This document shows positions 8,960 to 19,798 of a DNA stretch of 64,000 nucleotides, one piece after another. Below the pieces are notes generated by a model. That model did no database searches. It had not been told where the DNA came from and saw only the letters and a list, made by a program, of their open reading frames with translations. How positions within the stretch are numbered: the first letter of the stretch is position 1; each line of letters begins with the position of its first letter. Made by a program: the position numbers and the translations under genes. The stretch comes from an uncultured Methanosarcinales archaeon (lineage in GTDB: Archaea > Nanobdellota > Nanobdellia > Woesearchaeales > JAGLXL01): NCBI GenBank assembly GCA_964384425.1, contig CAYLKE010000003.1, forward strand, positions 26,147 through 90,146, in the 5' to 3' direction.

Positions 8960-11212
8960 TTAATCACTTTCTAAATTTATTCCCAACATTTGATATTTAT
9001 CACTTATAGTTTTTATGCTTCCCAATATGTTAAGATCTTCCATCACTAATCTGTCTTTTGGAATTTCATCAAATGCAAATTCAAATATATTTAATATAAT
9101 TTTATCTGATGAATAAAGTTGTCCTGCTTCAATACTTATCTGTCCTTCATATCCTCCCATAAACATTTCTGAATCTATAACAATTGATGGAACATCAAAT
9201 TTTCTAGTATCTTCAGTAGCTTCTTTAATTATAGGATCATAAGTTGTAGGATCAAGAACATCTACATCTTGTTCAATTTCTCTTTCTTCTTTTGTTATGT
9301 TTATAATCACTGGAGTTATAAGTTTTGCATCAACATCATATTTTCCAGGTATTAAAGAAATATACTCATCAAAAAGATATTTTTTAACTGCAACTGAAGG
9401 TATTTCTCCTGTTGGGAGTTCATCATACAAGTGTCTTTCCATAGAAAGTAATACTTTATCATCTGACTCCATTTCTGAATCAGTCCTTATAAACATCCAA
9501 GCTCCTCTATTACCTCTTTTACTACCCAATATATCATAAGTTTCCATAAGATTATTAGGTGAAAGAGGATTAATTTCTCTAAAACAAGTATATTCTGTAC
9601 CTTTTCTTTTACAATTATAAAGTTTATTTATCTTAACTTCAATAGGTATTTTCTTTATCTGCCAAAGATCTATTTCAGCTAAATCATTCTCGCCCATAAG
9701 GTAAGTATCAAGAAAAATATTTTCTGTAGAATAACCTTCTCTTTCTGCAGATAATATTCCTCCAAATCCTTCAGGAACTTTTGCTGTTAAAAAACCATTT
9801 TCTCCAGTAATACCAATTGGACAACTTCTAATTTCATTTCCATAGAAAACAGACACATCTTTTAATGGTCTTTTTGTATGTCTATTTGTAACTTTTATTT
9901 TTATTTCTTTTGTTAATCCTTCAGGTTCACACATCATAGAAGGTATAAACATAATTGTTTTGTTTATAACTTCAACATCTCCCTTAGGAGCTAGATTATT
10001 TCTTATATTTCCTTCTAATCCAAAATTAAATGTAAATCCCTCTCCATCAAATGCTTTTCTTTGTTCTATAGAAACAACTACAGGAAATGAATAATCTATT
10101 ATAGTATCATATCTATTTATACATGTTGAACCAAATAAAAATGGAACACATGTTGATTTTGGTTTTATAAGTCCATTTTCTTCATTTACATCAAAATAAG
10201 TATTCCAATTTGGAAGATAATTATGTTTTATTTCATAATCAGTAATTTCCTGTTCTGAAATATCTGAATTATTTATTGGTATGGACCAATGATTTATTAT
10301 TGCGTTTTTAACATCTGAATATTCACTATTATCTCCTAGAGGAATAAATTGATTATAAGTATTTCTTATCTGAAGAAGAGGTATATGTGTAAACATCAAA
10401 TCATCAACATATCTTTTAACAAGTTCTTTTACCCAGAAATTACTTGCTACTAATGAAGTTCCTACATCTCTCATAGGAGGTAATCTACTATTTTTTCCTT
10501 CATAAAGAGAATAAACATTCAAAAAAAATTCTTCAAGATATTTATTTTGAGATTGAAATGTTGAAAGATATGATGCCATTTCATGCATTTTTTTAAGTCC
10601 AACATTATGAGATGCAAAGAAATTTGATATATCATCACTAACTCTTTCTTTTGATACTTTTATTTTATGTATTAATAATGCATCTACTGAAGAATCAGAT
10701 ATCCTCACATTTATATCATAATTTTCTCCTTCCTCTATCTCATATCCTATTTTCTTTAATTCAGAATAATCATCAAGACATTTTATTGTTTCTGTTAAAA
10801 CATAATTTTCAAGTTCTTTTTCCATAAAATTTTTTGAAGGTATTTTTAGAACATTTCTATATGATTGCTCATTTTTATCTGCATTATAATTCCAATAAGC
10901 AGTTTTTATGCCCTTATCATCCCAAACAACTCCTTCAGATTCAGTAGGAGATTGATAATTATATTTTCCTTCAAGATATATGTATCCACCTTGTTCACCC
11001 AAAAGTTTTATTCCTTGTTTAAGTGATCTTGCAAGACATCCATCAGTATATGTTTTTATAGGAAGAATCTCTGATTTGACTTCTTCAATTGTAGGTGTTA
11101 CTGTATCAAGTTCACCTGTCTGAAAATTCCTTATACCAATAATAATTCCAATAGAAGCAACTATCACAATACCTATAATGATAAATAATGTCAACTGACC
11201 TCTTTTTTTCAT
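8960..11212 (-). CDS. Large membrane-anchored extracellular protein, unknown function
   Basis: N-terminal TM (LTLFIIIGIVIVASIGIIIGI), then 720 aa with no recognisable catalytic motif. Confidence 0.5.
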   Translation of the reverse strand: MKKRGQLTLFIIIGIVIVASIGIIIGIRNFQTGELDTVTPTIEEVKSEILPIKTYTDGCLARSLKQGIKLLGEQGGYIYLEGKYNYQSPTESEGVVWDDKGIKTAYWNYNADKNEQSYRNVLKIPSKNFMEKELENYVLTETIKCLDDYSELKKIGYEIEEGENYDINVRISDSSVDALLIHKIKVSKERVSDDISNFFASHNVGLKKMHEMASYLSTFQSQNKYLEEFFLNVYSLYEGKNSRLPPMRDVGTSLVASNFWVKELVKRYVDDLMFTHIPLLQIRNTYNQFIPLGDNSEYSDVKNAIINHWSIPINNSDISEQEITDYEIKHNYLPNWNTYFDVNEENGLIKPKSTCVPFLFGSTCINRYDTIIDYSFPVVVSIEQRKAFDGEGFTFNFGLEGNIRNNLAPKGDVEVINKTIMFIPSMMCEPEGLTKEIKIKVTNRHTKRPLKDVSVFYGNEIRSCPIGITGENGFLTAKVPEGFGGILSAEREGYSTENIFLDTYLMGENDLAEIDLWQIKKIPIEVKINKLYNCKRKGTEYTCFREINPLSPNNLMETYDILGSKRGNRGAWMFIRTDSEMESDDKVLLSMERHLYDELPTGEIPSVAVKKYLFDEYISLIPGKYDVDAKLITPVIINITKEEREIEQDVDVLDPTTYDPIIKEATEDTRKFDVPSIVIDSEMFMGGYEGQISIEAGQLYSSDKIILNIFEFAFDEIPKDRLVMEDLNILGSIKTISDKYQMLGINLESD

Positions 11213-11533
11213 AGTACAACCTTTGTATATTTCTTAATAAGATTATATATTGATTTATATATTAGAGTATTTAAATATTTTGTTTAGAATTGTTTTACGA
11301 AAATATAAATATTGAATTTGTATAGTATGAAATAATGTAAAATATTATTTCAAAAAAGATAAAAAATAAAGGAATAGTAAATAGGGGAATAGTATTTTTA
11401 TAAGAGTAAAAAGATAATAAGAATAATTATTTGCATATTGAATAAACTTTGAAAATATTTGAAATAAAAAAATAAAAACATTTTAATACTATCATATAAC
11501 ACTAACTTATTATAACAACTAAAAGAGGTAATA

Positions 11534-13021
11534 ATGGCTGAAAGAAAACCAATTAAAGATTATACAACAAAAAAACCAATTATCCCTTCTCTAAAAAAAG
11601 ATTTAGGATTATTTCATACAACAGTTTATGGAGTGGGGCTTATTCTTGGAGCAGGAATTTATGTTCTTGCAGGAAAAGCAGCAGGATTGGCAGGAAATGC
11701 TGTATGGATATCTTTTTTAATTGCTGCAGTTATAGCTGCTCTTACTGGATTAAGTTATGCTGAATTATCTTCTCGTTTTACAAATGATGCAGGAGAATAT
11801 TATTATGCTTGGAAAGCACTTGGAAAAAAGATTGCATTTGTTGTGGGTTATCTTGTAATTCTTGCAGGAATAATATCAACATCAACAGTTGCACTTGGAT
11901 TTGCAGGATACTTTGCCTCATTATTAGGAATAAATTATCTTATTTTTATTGCAATAGGCATTACTCTTTTATTTTCAATAGTAAATTTTGTAGGTATAAA
12001 AAAAGCTGCATGGTTGAATATTATTTTTACAACAGTTGAAGTTGCAGGACTTTTGATAATAATTGCATTAGGTTTTAATTTTCTAGGTAGTGTGAATTAT
12101 TTAGATTATACTTCATTGTGGGAGGTATTTTCTGCATCATCACTTATATTTTTTGCATTTATAGGTTTTCAGAGTGTTGTTAAACTTGCAGAAGAAACAA
12201 GAAATCCTTCTAAAACAATTCCTCGTGCACTAATACTTTCAATAATCATAACAACAATACTTTATATTTTAATAGGAGTATCTATTGTGAGTGTTATGGG
12301 TTGGGAACAGCTTGGTGCATCAAATTCTCCTCTTGCAGATGTTGCAGCCATAGCAATGGGAAGTAAAGCATTCTTGCTTTTATCTATAATAGCATTATTT
12401 TCTACAGGAAATACAGTTCTTATTGGACTTATATCTGTATCTCGGATGGTTTATGGAATGAGCAAGTCAAATTGTTTTCCATCTTTCTTAAGTAAAGTCC
12501 ATAAAAAAAGAAAAACACCTGTTAATGCAATAATTGCAGTAACAATGCTTTCATTATTATTTATATTATTTGGAGATGTTGAGCTCATAGCAAGAACAAC
12601 AAATTTTATGATATTTTTAGTTTTTATAGCAGTTAATCTTTCTGTAATAATATTAAGATTTAAAAATAAAGGAGAAAGTAATTTTAGAGTACCTTTTAAT
12701 TTATTTAATGTTCCAATTCCAGCAGTTTTAGGAGTTATAACATCTATTTTTATGTTGTTTAATCTAGACATAGAAGTTATTATAATTGGATTATTGCTTG
12801 TAATAGCAGGAATAGTGTTGGAAATTGTTATGGATAAGTTCTTAAATGGAAGAAGAAAAATTAAAATTTATCCTGTTAAAGAGATTAAAACAAATGTAAA
12901 AGAAACTAAGAAAAAGATAAAGAAAATCAAAAAAGTTCATAAAAAAACTAAGGGAAAAGTTAAAAAGAAAGTTAAGAAAAAGATAAAGAAAACTAAGAAG
13001 AATATTAAAAAGAAAAAGTAA
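11534..13021 (+). CDS. APC-superfamily amino-acid/polyamine permease with lysine-rich C-terminal tail
   Basis: About 12 hydrophobic segments and an N-terminal G.G.I.G.GI(Y/F)V signature (GVGLILGAGIYVLAG). The last ~55 aa are K-rich (KKIKKIKKVHKKTKGKVKKKVKKKIKK...). Confidence 0.75.
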   Translation: MAERKPIKDYTTKKPIIPSLKKDLGLFHTTVYGVGLILGAGIYVLAGKAAGLAGNAVWISFLIAAVIAALTGLSYAELSSRFTNDAGEYYYAWKALGKKIAFVVGYLVILAGIISTSTVALGFAGYFASLLGINYLIFIAIGITLLFSIVNFVGIKKAAWLNIIFTTVEVAGLLIIIALGFNFLGSVNYLDYTSLWEVFSASSLIFFAFIGFQSVVKLAEETRNPSKTIPRALILSIIITTILYILIGVSIVSVMGWEQLGASNSPLADVAAIAMGSKAFLLLSIIALFSTGNTVLIGLISVSRMVYGMSKSNCFPSFLSKVHKKRKTPVNAIIAVTMLSLLFILFGDVELIARTTNFMIFLVFIAVNLSVIILRFKNKGESNFRVPFNLFNVPIPAVLGVITSIFMLFNLDIEVIIIGLLLVIAGIVLEIVMDKFLNGRRKIKIYPVKEIKTNVKETKKKIKKIKKVHKKTKGKVKKKVKKKIKKTKKNIKKKK

Positions 13022-13034
13022 TTAAAAATAACAA

Positions 13035-13475
13035 TTATCTATTAATTGAATATTTGAATATATCTAAGGGAGATTTCTTAATTTTTATTATATTCAAATT
13101 ATTATGAGATCTTATTTTGTAAACACCTATTCTACCCACAAGAATTTTATAATTAAATTTAATAAATTGATAATAATTATTTAATTGTTTTTGAATCTTT
13201 TTTTTAACATTATATATTTTACGATCAGAAGAATTACTTTTAATGGTTTTTGCTTCAACAACATAAAATCCATTATATGTATCTCTTAATATAAGGTCTG
13301 CATAAAAAGTTCCTTTTGAAGAACTCATCTTAACTTCTCTAAATGTTTCAACTATATTACTCAAACCAATTGTTTTAGGACTATTTTGAATAGATTCTAT
13401 CAAACTATCATGAGCCCTATTACTATCTGTATTGTTTTTTTCATTATTTTTTCTCAAAAATTGTAACAAATCCAT
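13035..13475 (-). CDS. Hypothetical protein, possible PD-(D/E)xK (YraN/Hjc-like) nuclease fold
   Basis: YADLIL...x9...FYVVEAKT resembles a D...ExK motif. The evidence is weak. Confidence 0.3.
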   Translation of the reverse strand: MDLLQFLRKNNEKNNTDSNRAHDSLIESIQNSPKTIGLSNIVETFREVKMSSSKGTFYADLILRDTYNGFYVVEAKTIKSNSSDRKIYNVKKKIQKQLNNYYQFIKFNYKILVGRIGVYKIRSHNNLNIIKIKKSPLDIFKYSINR

Positions 13476-13535
13476 AATAACAAATAAATAGAATATAATT
13501 TTAAATATTTTTTGTTAAAATAAAAGAAAAAGTAA

Positions 13536-15428
13536 TTATCTTAATCTTATTGTTTCTAGATTTTTAGGACTTATTGTCTCAACTTTCATTGTCTTATATA
13601 TCTTACTTGCTAATTCATTAACACTTCCTTGTTCACCGTGTTGTACAATAACTTTTCTAGGTCTAGGAACTGATTTTGTGACAAAATTCATAAGTTCTCT
13701 TCTATCTGAATGTCCTTTTACAGTAACCTTAGCAACTTCAAGATTTAAATTATATGTTGTAAAATTACCATTTTCTTTGAATGTTATTGCTCTTTCACCT
13801 TGCTGTATTCTTCTTCCTAAAGAATTCTGTGCTTGATAACATGAAAATATTAATGTATTCTTTTTATTTTCACCAAACATTTTCAGATACTGAACAGAAG
13901 GTCCTCCTGTAAGCATACCAGATGTTGCAAGTATTATGCAAGGTTCTTCATGATCTGCAAGTGCTAATCTTTCCTTATGAGATCCAACTTTCTTTATATT
14001 AGACATAAGAAATGGGTTCTCGTCTTTGTGGAAAATCTGTCTTCTTATATTTCTATTAAGAAATTCAGGATAAGCTGTATGAATAGCAGTTATATCCCAA
14101 ACCATTCCATCAATATAAATTGGAATAGCAGGTATTTTCTTTTTCTTAATAAGATTATGTAATATTATCAATATCTCTTGTGCTCTTCCTGAACCTAATA
14201 CAGGCATAAGAATTTTTCCTTTTCTCTTTATTGTCTTAGAAACAGTATCTACAAATTCATCATCAATTTCTTTTTGTGTCTTAACTTGAGATTCTTTTCC
14301 ACCATAAGTAGATTCAATAATCATAGATTCCATTCTTGCGAATTTGTTATTTGCTCCTTCTAGAAGATTTGTTCTTCCATACTTAAGATCTCCAGTATAA
14401 AGAAGGTTATGAAATCCATTTCCAATATTAAGATGTACCATTGATGAACCTAAAATATGTCCTGAATTAAAGAATGTTAATCTCACATCTGGTGTCACAT
14501 CTGTAACTTCATCCCACCCAACACAAATAGTATGCATTACCATCTTTTTTATGTCTTCTGTTCCATAAATTGGGTTTTTACCTTCTCCTGCTTGTATCTT
14601 TATCATATCCATCTGCAATAAAGCCATTACATCTCTAGTAGGGGCTGTACAATAAATAGGTCCTTCATACCCATATTTGAAAAGATATGGTATAAGTCCA
14701 CTATGATCGACGTGAGAGTGAGATATGATAACTGCATCAAGATCATTTATATTGAATTCTGGTGCTTCTAAGAAAGGGTATGCATCTTCATCACTTGCTG
14801 CAACATCTATTCCACAATCTAATAAAATACGTGATTCAGGAGTCTGTAAGTACATACATGATCTCCCTACTTGTCTTGCTCCCCCTAAAAACGTTAATCT
14901 AATCCATTCTTGTTTCTTTCCTCTCAACCACCCATCATAAATTCTATGACCTACTTTGTCAAGAAATTTTCTTCTATAATCAGAATTTTCATAAAGTGTT
15001 GCTCTTGTTTTTTCAATTATTTTTGATCTTATAGGAGGAATTCTTTTTACTATTGGTGTCCATAATGTTTTTTCTTTTATTTTTTTTAATAGTTCACCTT
15101 GTTTTCCTATTACCATTCCTGGTTTATCAACATGAATAATTAATCGAGACCTTTGTGCATCAAATATAATATCTGATATGTCTACATCTTTAGGGAGAAT
15201 TTTCTTGATAGCTTTCTTTGTATTGTCTGGATCCATTGTTATTGCTGGATCTGCTCTGACTTCTACTCGTTTTTTGAATTCATTAACTATCTTTCTTATA
15301 TCTTCTCTATTGTCTTTAAAGAATTCTCTATCTTTTGTGTAAAGAACAATATTTGCTCCTTCAAAATTTGCCTCGCTTATAACTTTGCTTGGTAATCGTT
15401 CTAATATTTCTTTTAATATATTTGCCAT
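13536..15428 (-). CDS. aCPSF1-type KH/metallo-beta-lactamase/beta-CASP ribonuclease (archaeal transcription termination factor FttA family)
   Basis: Two N-terminal KH-like modules (VIGKQGELLKKI), MBL motif HSHVDHSG, a beta-CASP C-terminal region, and the ~630-aa length typical of aCPSF1. Confidence 0.9.
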   Translation of the reverse strand: MANILKEILERLPSKVISEANFEGANIVLYTKDREFFKDNREDIRKIVNEFKKRVEVRADPAITMDPDNTKKAIKKILPKDVDISDIIFDAQRSRLIIHVDKPGMVIGKQGELLKKIKEKTLWTPIVKRIPPIRSKIIEKTRATLYENSDYRRKFLDKVGHRIYDGWLRGKKQEWIRLTFLGGARQVGRSCMYLQTPESRILLDCGIDVAASDEDAYPFLEAPEFNINDLDAVIISHSHVDHSGLIPYLFKYGYEGPIYCTAPTRDVMALLQMDMIKIQAGEGKNPIYGTEDIKKMVMHTICVGWDEVTDVTPDVRLTFFNSGHILGSSMVHLNIGNGFHNLLYTGDLKYGRTNLLEGANNKFARMESMIIESTYGGKESQVKTQKEIDDEFVDTVSKTIKRKGKILMPVLGSGRAQEILIILHNLIKKKKIPAIPIYIDGMVWDITAIHTAYPEFLNRNIRRQIFHKDENPFLMSNIKKVGSHKERLALADHEEPCIILATSGMLTGGPSVQYLKMFGENKKNTLIFSCYQAQNSLGRRIQQGERAITFKENGNFTTYNLNLEVAKVTVKGHSDRRELMNFVTKSVPRPRKVIVQHGEQGSVNELASKIYKTMKVETISPKNLETIRLR

Positions 15429-15522
15429 AATATTTCACCTTTTAAAAACTAAATCTTTTCATAATAAAAACTGAGGTTGTTTTAAAAATCAAATGAAAAA
15501 ATCATTTGAAAAAATAAAAAAA

Positions 15523-16158
15523 TTATTCAGAAAGTTTGTATACTAATTCTTCTCCCTTTAGATATTCTGCTCCTTTTGTTGTTACTTTAGCAATATCTAT
15601 TCCATTTCCAGAAGCACTGTCTCTTTGTAATGCTGCATTTACACATTTTATAACTAATTTAGTTGCTTCAGATTCTGTTAAATCTTTTTTATATGCAGAT
15701 TCTAAAACACCATATGCAAATACAGATCCACTTCCAGATGAGACATATTTATCAATTTCTGTTATTGATCCGTCTGGGAATATATCATATAAATGTTGGC
15801 CATCTCCATCTTTTCCACCTAATAAAAAGTGTGTTACAGATGGCATCATACTTGGCTGTCTTATACCACTATATAATATGCTTCCTAACATATTTGCTGC
15901 TTCTTTTATTGTTATATTTCTTTCTGTTCTAATCTCTTTTAATGCTACTTCTGCTTTTATGTACTTTATGAATAATTGAGCATCAGAAACATTTCCAGCA
16001 ATTGTCACTGCAATGTTTGGGTTTAATATATGTAGTTTTTTTGCCTTTTTATCCACAATCAAATTTCCTGCTGTTGCTCTCCTATCAGTTGCAAGGATCA
16101 CACCATCTTTATATTTTATTCCAACAGTTGTTGTTCCTGTTTTCAAGTTTTCTGTCAT
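15523..16158 (-). CDS. psmB: Proteasome subunit beta
   Basis: Short propeptide followed by the catalytic TTTVGIKYKDGVILATD. Ntn-hydrolase pattern throughout. Confidence 0.9.
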   Translation of the reverse strand: MTENLKTGTTTVGIKYKDGVILATDRRATAGNLIVDKKAKKLHILNPNIAVTIAGNVSDAQLFIKYIKAEVALKEIRTERNITIKEAANMLGSILYSGIRQPSMMPSVTHFLLGGKDGDGQHLYDIFPDGSITEIDKYVSSGSGSVFAYGVLESAYKKDLTESEATKLVIKCVNAALQRDSASGNGIDIAKVTTKGAEYLKGEELVYKLSE

Positions 16159-16335
16159 TAATACACCTCCTCTATAAATGTAAGAGTAGAATTTAATTTA
16201 TATATTGTTTTGATAATGGGGTTTATAAATGTTTTGTTTGAGTCTGAAAATCTTTCGGATTTTTTACCCATAGCTTTTTATACCTTAATTTTCAATTTTA
16301 TTATAGGATTCATGTTAAATAACGGAGGAAATAAA

Positions 16336-17625
16336 ATGAAAAGAACTCTTACTAATGATATCAAAGATAAAATTGGAAAAAATATTATGGTTAAAGGTTA
16401 CATCAAAAATATAAGAAAATTTGGTGGTGTAACTTTTTTAGCATTAAATGATTTATGTGGAAATCTACAATTAATTAGTAATGACGAAGACAAATTTAAT
16501 GATGTTAAAAAAAATGATATTGTTGCTGTTGAAGGACTAATTAGGGAAGATGATAGGTCCAAATTAGGTTACGAAATGTTAACTAATAAAATTGAAGTAA
16601 TTTCAACAACATCAGAAAAATACCCCTTAAGCATTAGTCCAAAAAGCCAATATAAGTTAGATAAAATTCTAAAAAATAGGCCATTAACAATCAGAAATCC
16701 AAAAATCTTAGATGTGTTTAAGGTTCAAGGAACTATTGCACAATCATTTAGGGGATTTTTAAATGATAACTATTTTAAGGAAATATTTACTCCAAAAATT
16801 GTTTCTCAAGTGGCTGAGAGTGGATCAGATATTTTTGCATTAGATTATTTTGGAAATAAACTTTCATTGACTCAAAGTCCTCAAATCTACAAACAAATAA
16901 TGGTTGGGTCGGGCCTTGAGAGAGTTTTTGAAGTTGGTCATGTATATAGAGCAGAAAAACATGATACTAAAAGACATTTAAATGAATATGTAAGTTTAGA
17001 CATTGAAATGGCATTTATTGATTCATATCATGATTTAATGGATTTAGAGGAAAAAATGATTAGGAAGATTGTTGGGGATGTTAAGGAAAAGCATTCAGAT
17101 GTATTAAAAAATTATTCTGTTGAAATTAACTTGCCTGAAAAAATTCCTAGAATGCCTCTCCATGAAGTTAAAAAAATATTAAGGGAAAGGTATAATCATA
17201 AAATCCCGGATTCAAAAGACATTGATCCTAAAGGAGAAAAATTAGTTGGTAAATTCTCTAAAGAAGAATATGGTTCTGATTTTATATTCTTAACAAAATA
17301 CCCAAAACTAAGTCGACCATTTTATACAAAACTTTGTAATAAAAATCCAAATTTAACAGATTCATTTGATTTTTTGATGAATGGAGCAGAAATTACAACT
17401 GGTGGACAAAGAATTCATGATTATTCTATTCTTCTTGATAGTATGAAAGACTTTGGATTAAATCCAGAACATTACGAAGATTATTTATCTGCATTTAAGT
17501 ATGGAATGCCACCTCATGGTGGAATGGGAATTGGAATAGAAAGATTGACTATGAAGATACTTAATTTAGATGATATCAGGGAAGCAAGCTTATTCCCAAG
17601 AGATAAAATAAGATATAAACCATGA
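16336..17625 (+). CDS. aspS: Aspartyl-tRNA synthetase, archaeal type (class IIb)
   Basis: OB-fold N-terminus, motif 2 YRAEKHDTKRHLNEY, GGQRIHD, motif 3 GMGIGIERL. Start moved to the ATG at 16336, preceded by ggagga; the track ORF starting at 16210 reads through the promoter region. Confidence 0.85.
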   Translation: MKRTLTNDIKDKIGKNIMVKGYIKNIRKFGGVTFLALNDLCGNLQLISNDEDKFNDVKKNDIVAVEGLIREDDRSKLGYEMLTNKIEVISTTSEKYPLSISPKSQYKLDKILKNRPLTIRNPKILDVFKVQGTIAQSFRGFLNDNYFKEIFTPKIVSQVAESGSDIFALDYFGNKLSLTQSPQIYKQIMVGSGLERVFEVGHVYRAEKHDTKRHLNEYVSLDIEMAFIDSYHDLMDLEEKMIRKIVGDVKEKHSDVLKNYSVEINLPEKIPRMPLHEVKKILRERYNHKIPDSKDIDPKGEKLVGKFSKEEYGSDFIFLTKYPKLSRPFYTKLCNKNPNLTDSFDFLMNGAEITTGGQRIHDYSILLDSMKDFGLNPEHYEDYLSAFKYGMPPHGGMGIGIERLTMKILNLDDIREASLFPRDKIRYKP

Positions 17626-18326
17626 GTTTGAAAATAATTGCAATTGGCGGTGGAGAAATTAATTACAATGGTAGTAGTCAAACTATTGCAATTGATGAGG
17701 AGATTATTTCACTTTCTAATAAAAAAACTCCCTTAGTTCTTTTTGTACCCACTGCAAGCAATGATTCTGATAGTTATTTTAATTCATTTAAATCATATTA
17801 TGAAGAGAAATTTAATTGTAATGTTCAAGTTCTTAAATTGATTGAAAGTAATATAAGTGAAAAAGAAATTGAAGAAAAAATATCTTTATGTGATATTATT
17901 TATGTTGGTGGCGGGGATACAGAAAAGTTAATGAATGTTTTGAAAGAAAAAAATATCAGAAAGATTATTAATCGTTATGCTAATAAATTAGTCCTTTCAG
18001 GTATCAGTGCTGGAGGTATTTGTTGGTTTAATGAAGGATATTCAAAAGATAAAAATATGTTCATGAGGGGCTTAAATCTTACTAATATTAGCTTTTTCCC
18101 ACATTATAATAAAAACGACGATCTTCTTATAAAAAAAATTGTTGAAAATAAAAAAATAATTGCCTGTGAAAATAAAACAGCTCTTGTTGTCTTAGGAGAT
18201 CAATTTAAAATAATTAATTCTGATAATTTTTCTTTTGCTTATTTATTTTACTTGGAAAATAACACTATAAAAAAAGAAAAACTAATTATCAATAAATTTT
18301 ACCCCTTAAGTGTGTTGAATTCTTAA
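17622..18326 (+). CDS. Peptidase S51 (dipeptidase E/cyanophycinase-like) family protein
   Basis: GGGDT...L and the nucleophile elbow SGISAGG. Its start overlaps the aspS stop. Confidence 0.65.
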   Translation: MSLKIIAIGGGEINYNGSSQTIAIDEEIISLSNKKTPLVLFVPTASNDSDSYFNSFKSYYEEKFNCNVQVLKLIESNISEKEIEEKISLCDIIYVGGGDTEKLMNVLKEKNIRKIINRYANKLVLSGISAGGICWFNEGYSKDKNMFMRGLNLTNISFFPHYNKNDDLLIKKIVENKKIIACENKTALVVLGDQFKIINSDNFSFAYLFYLENNTIKKEKLIINKFYPLSVLNS

Positions 18327-19597
18327 AGATTTTTTATTGCCCATGTTAAAAAATCATTAAAGAAAATACATTTTTGTTCATCACATATTAATTCTTTTTT
18401 ATCAGGATGCTTCATAATGCTTTGCATAGGACAGACCCCACCACAAACAGTTAATGCCATACAATCAGCACATTTTTTGTGATTTAATCCTGTTCTCCTA
18501 AACCAAGATTGAATTTCATCGTAATCAAAATCCTTTATCTCATCAACTTTTTTATTGAATAATTTTTTGCTATAATTGATAGTACAATAACTAACTCTTC
18601 CATCAGGTGTTATGGATACAGTAGCATTATCAAATGTATTTGAACAAGTTTTTAAGACAGGTGTTTTGTCTTTTAATGCATTTATAATTTGAGATACAGG
18701 AGATGTTAGATTAACATTATTGTCAATACATAATCTAAGTATTTTTTTCATTTTATTTGAAAACATAATCCCATCAATTCCCCAAGAATAATTATGTTGT
18801 GGCATGTTTATTGTAATAGATTTAGGTTTTAATTCCCTTATTACAAATTCAGCTAATTCATCTAACACATCAATATTATTTTTAGAAGGAGTTAGTAATA
18901 TAAAGTTGTTTACATTATTTTTCTTTAATAATTTAAAACCTTTTATTGTGATGTCATATGTTCCTTTTTCATTAGGAGTTACTCTGTTATTATCATTCAT
19001 TTCTTTTGGCCCATCTATTGAAACACCCACTTTAAAATTATTCTTATTAAAGAATTTAGCTTTTTCTTCTGTTATTAAAGATCCATTTGTTGTTATAACA
19101 TAATGGCATTCTTGATTTTTCTCTTTTAAGTATTCAACTGCTTTTTTTATTAAATCAAATTTTAATAAAGGTTCTCCACCAAAAAATTGAATTATGATTT
19201 TCTTTGATTTATTATTTTTGATTAACAAATTCAATGATTTTTTTATACTATCCCATGTAATATCTTCTTTATTTCTATTAACAAAACAGTATTTACAAGC
19301 ATAATTACAATTATTAGTTAGCAATAACCTATACGAATTAATATTGATCTTTGAATTAGATATTTTGTTTTTTATTTTTGATGAGTCTTTATTATCTGAT
19401 TTATTTACTATAAATCTATTTTGAGTTAAATAATCAAATATTTCTTTCTCAGTTTTCTTAATTTTTTCAAATAAAGAATTTTTCATTAAATCGAATAATT
19501 CTTTATCGCATTCTAAAACAAGTAAATTTATTCTATTAAAAATAAAATATTTTTCTTCTTCATTGAACATATAAGTGTTTTTAGATAATTTATACAT
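18323..19597 (-). CDS. Radical SAM/SPASM peptide-modifying enzyme with N-terminal RRE-like domain
   Basis: CNYACKYC (CX3CX2C), GGEPLL, C-terminal CADCMALTVCGGVC (SPASM CX2CX5CX3C). About 95 aa precede the radical-SAM core. Confidence 0.8.
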   Translation of the reverse strand: MYKLSKNTYMFNEEEKYFIFNRINLLVLECDKELFDLMKNSLFEKIKKTEKEIFDYLTQNRFIVNKSDNKDSSKIKNKISNSKININSYRLLLTNNCNYACKYCFVNRNKEDITWDSIKKSLNLLIKNNKSKKIIIQFFGGEPLLKFDLIKKAVEYLKEKNQECHYVITTNGSLITEEKAKFFNKNNFKVGVSIDGPKEMNDNNRVTPNEKGTYDITIKGFKLLKKNNVNNFILLTPSKNNIDVLDELAEFVIRELKPKSITINMPQHNYSWGIDGIMFSNKMKKILRLCIDNNVNLTSPVSQIINALKDKTPVLKTCSNTFDNATVSITPDGRVSYCTINYSKKLFNKKVDEIKDFDYDEIQSWFRRTGLNHKKCADCMALTVCGGVCPMQSIMKHPDKKELICDEQKCIFFNDFLTWAIKNL

Positions 19598-19643
19598 AAA
19601 ATACGTAAGATTTATTGTTTTATAATATTTACTGTCTATATCT

Positions 19644-19659
19644 CGAAAAACTTTCGGAT
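19644..19659. promoter_or_regulatory. Operator-like palindrome between divergent TATA boxes
   Basis: cgaaaaactttcggat (GAAA-N3-TTTC + GGAT) lies between TATA-like elements at ~19617-19625 (minus) and 19674-19682 (plus). Related copies occur at 16245..16260 and 22657..22671. Confidence 0.35.
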
Positions 19660-19673
19660 TACATATGAAAAAC

Positions 19674-19682
19674 TTTATAAAT
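19674..19682 (+). promoter_or_regulatory. TATA box for the small ORF / radical SAM operon
   Basis: tttataaat is centred 28 nt upstream of the ATG at 19706. Confidence 0.5.
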
Positions 19683-19705
19683 CTCTTTTATTAAATTTAC
19701 ATAAA

Positions 19706-19771
19706 ATGAAAATAAAACAAAAAGAAATAAAACTAAAAATCGAATCACATAAAACATGCGGTTCAATATAA
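19706..19771 (+). CDS. 21-aa small ORF, candidate RiPP precursor peptide (MKIKQKEIKLKIESHKTCGSI)
   Basis: Found by hand and absent from the ORF track. TATA at -28, a 27-nt T-rich spacer, then the radical SAM gene at 19799. Single Cys near the C-terminus. Confidence 0.45.
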   Translation: MKIKQKEIKLKIESHKTCGSI

Positions 19772-19798
19772 TTTTTTTATTTTCTTTTATTTTTTAAA

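Noticed and set aside
15536-16196. Antisense ORFs over psmB (15536..15979, 15663..15932, 16002..16196)
   Set aside because: The opposite strand encodes an unmistakable proteasome beta subunit.
16210-16335. Longer AspRS start at 16210 with a hydrophobic N-terminal extension
   Set aside because: The extension overlaps the TATA box and operator-like motif. The ATG at 16336 has a ggagga upstream and aligns with the start of the OB-fold domain.
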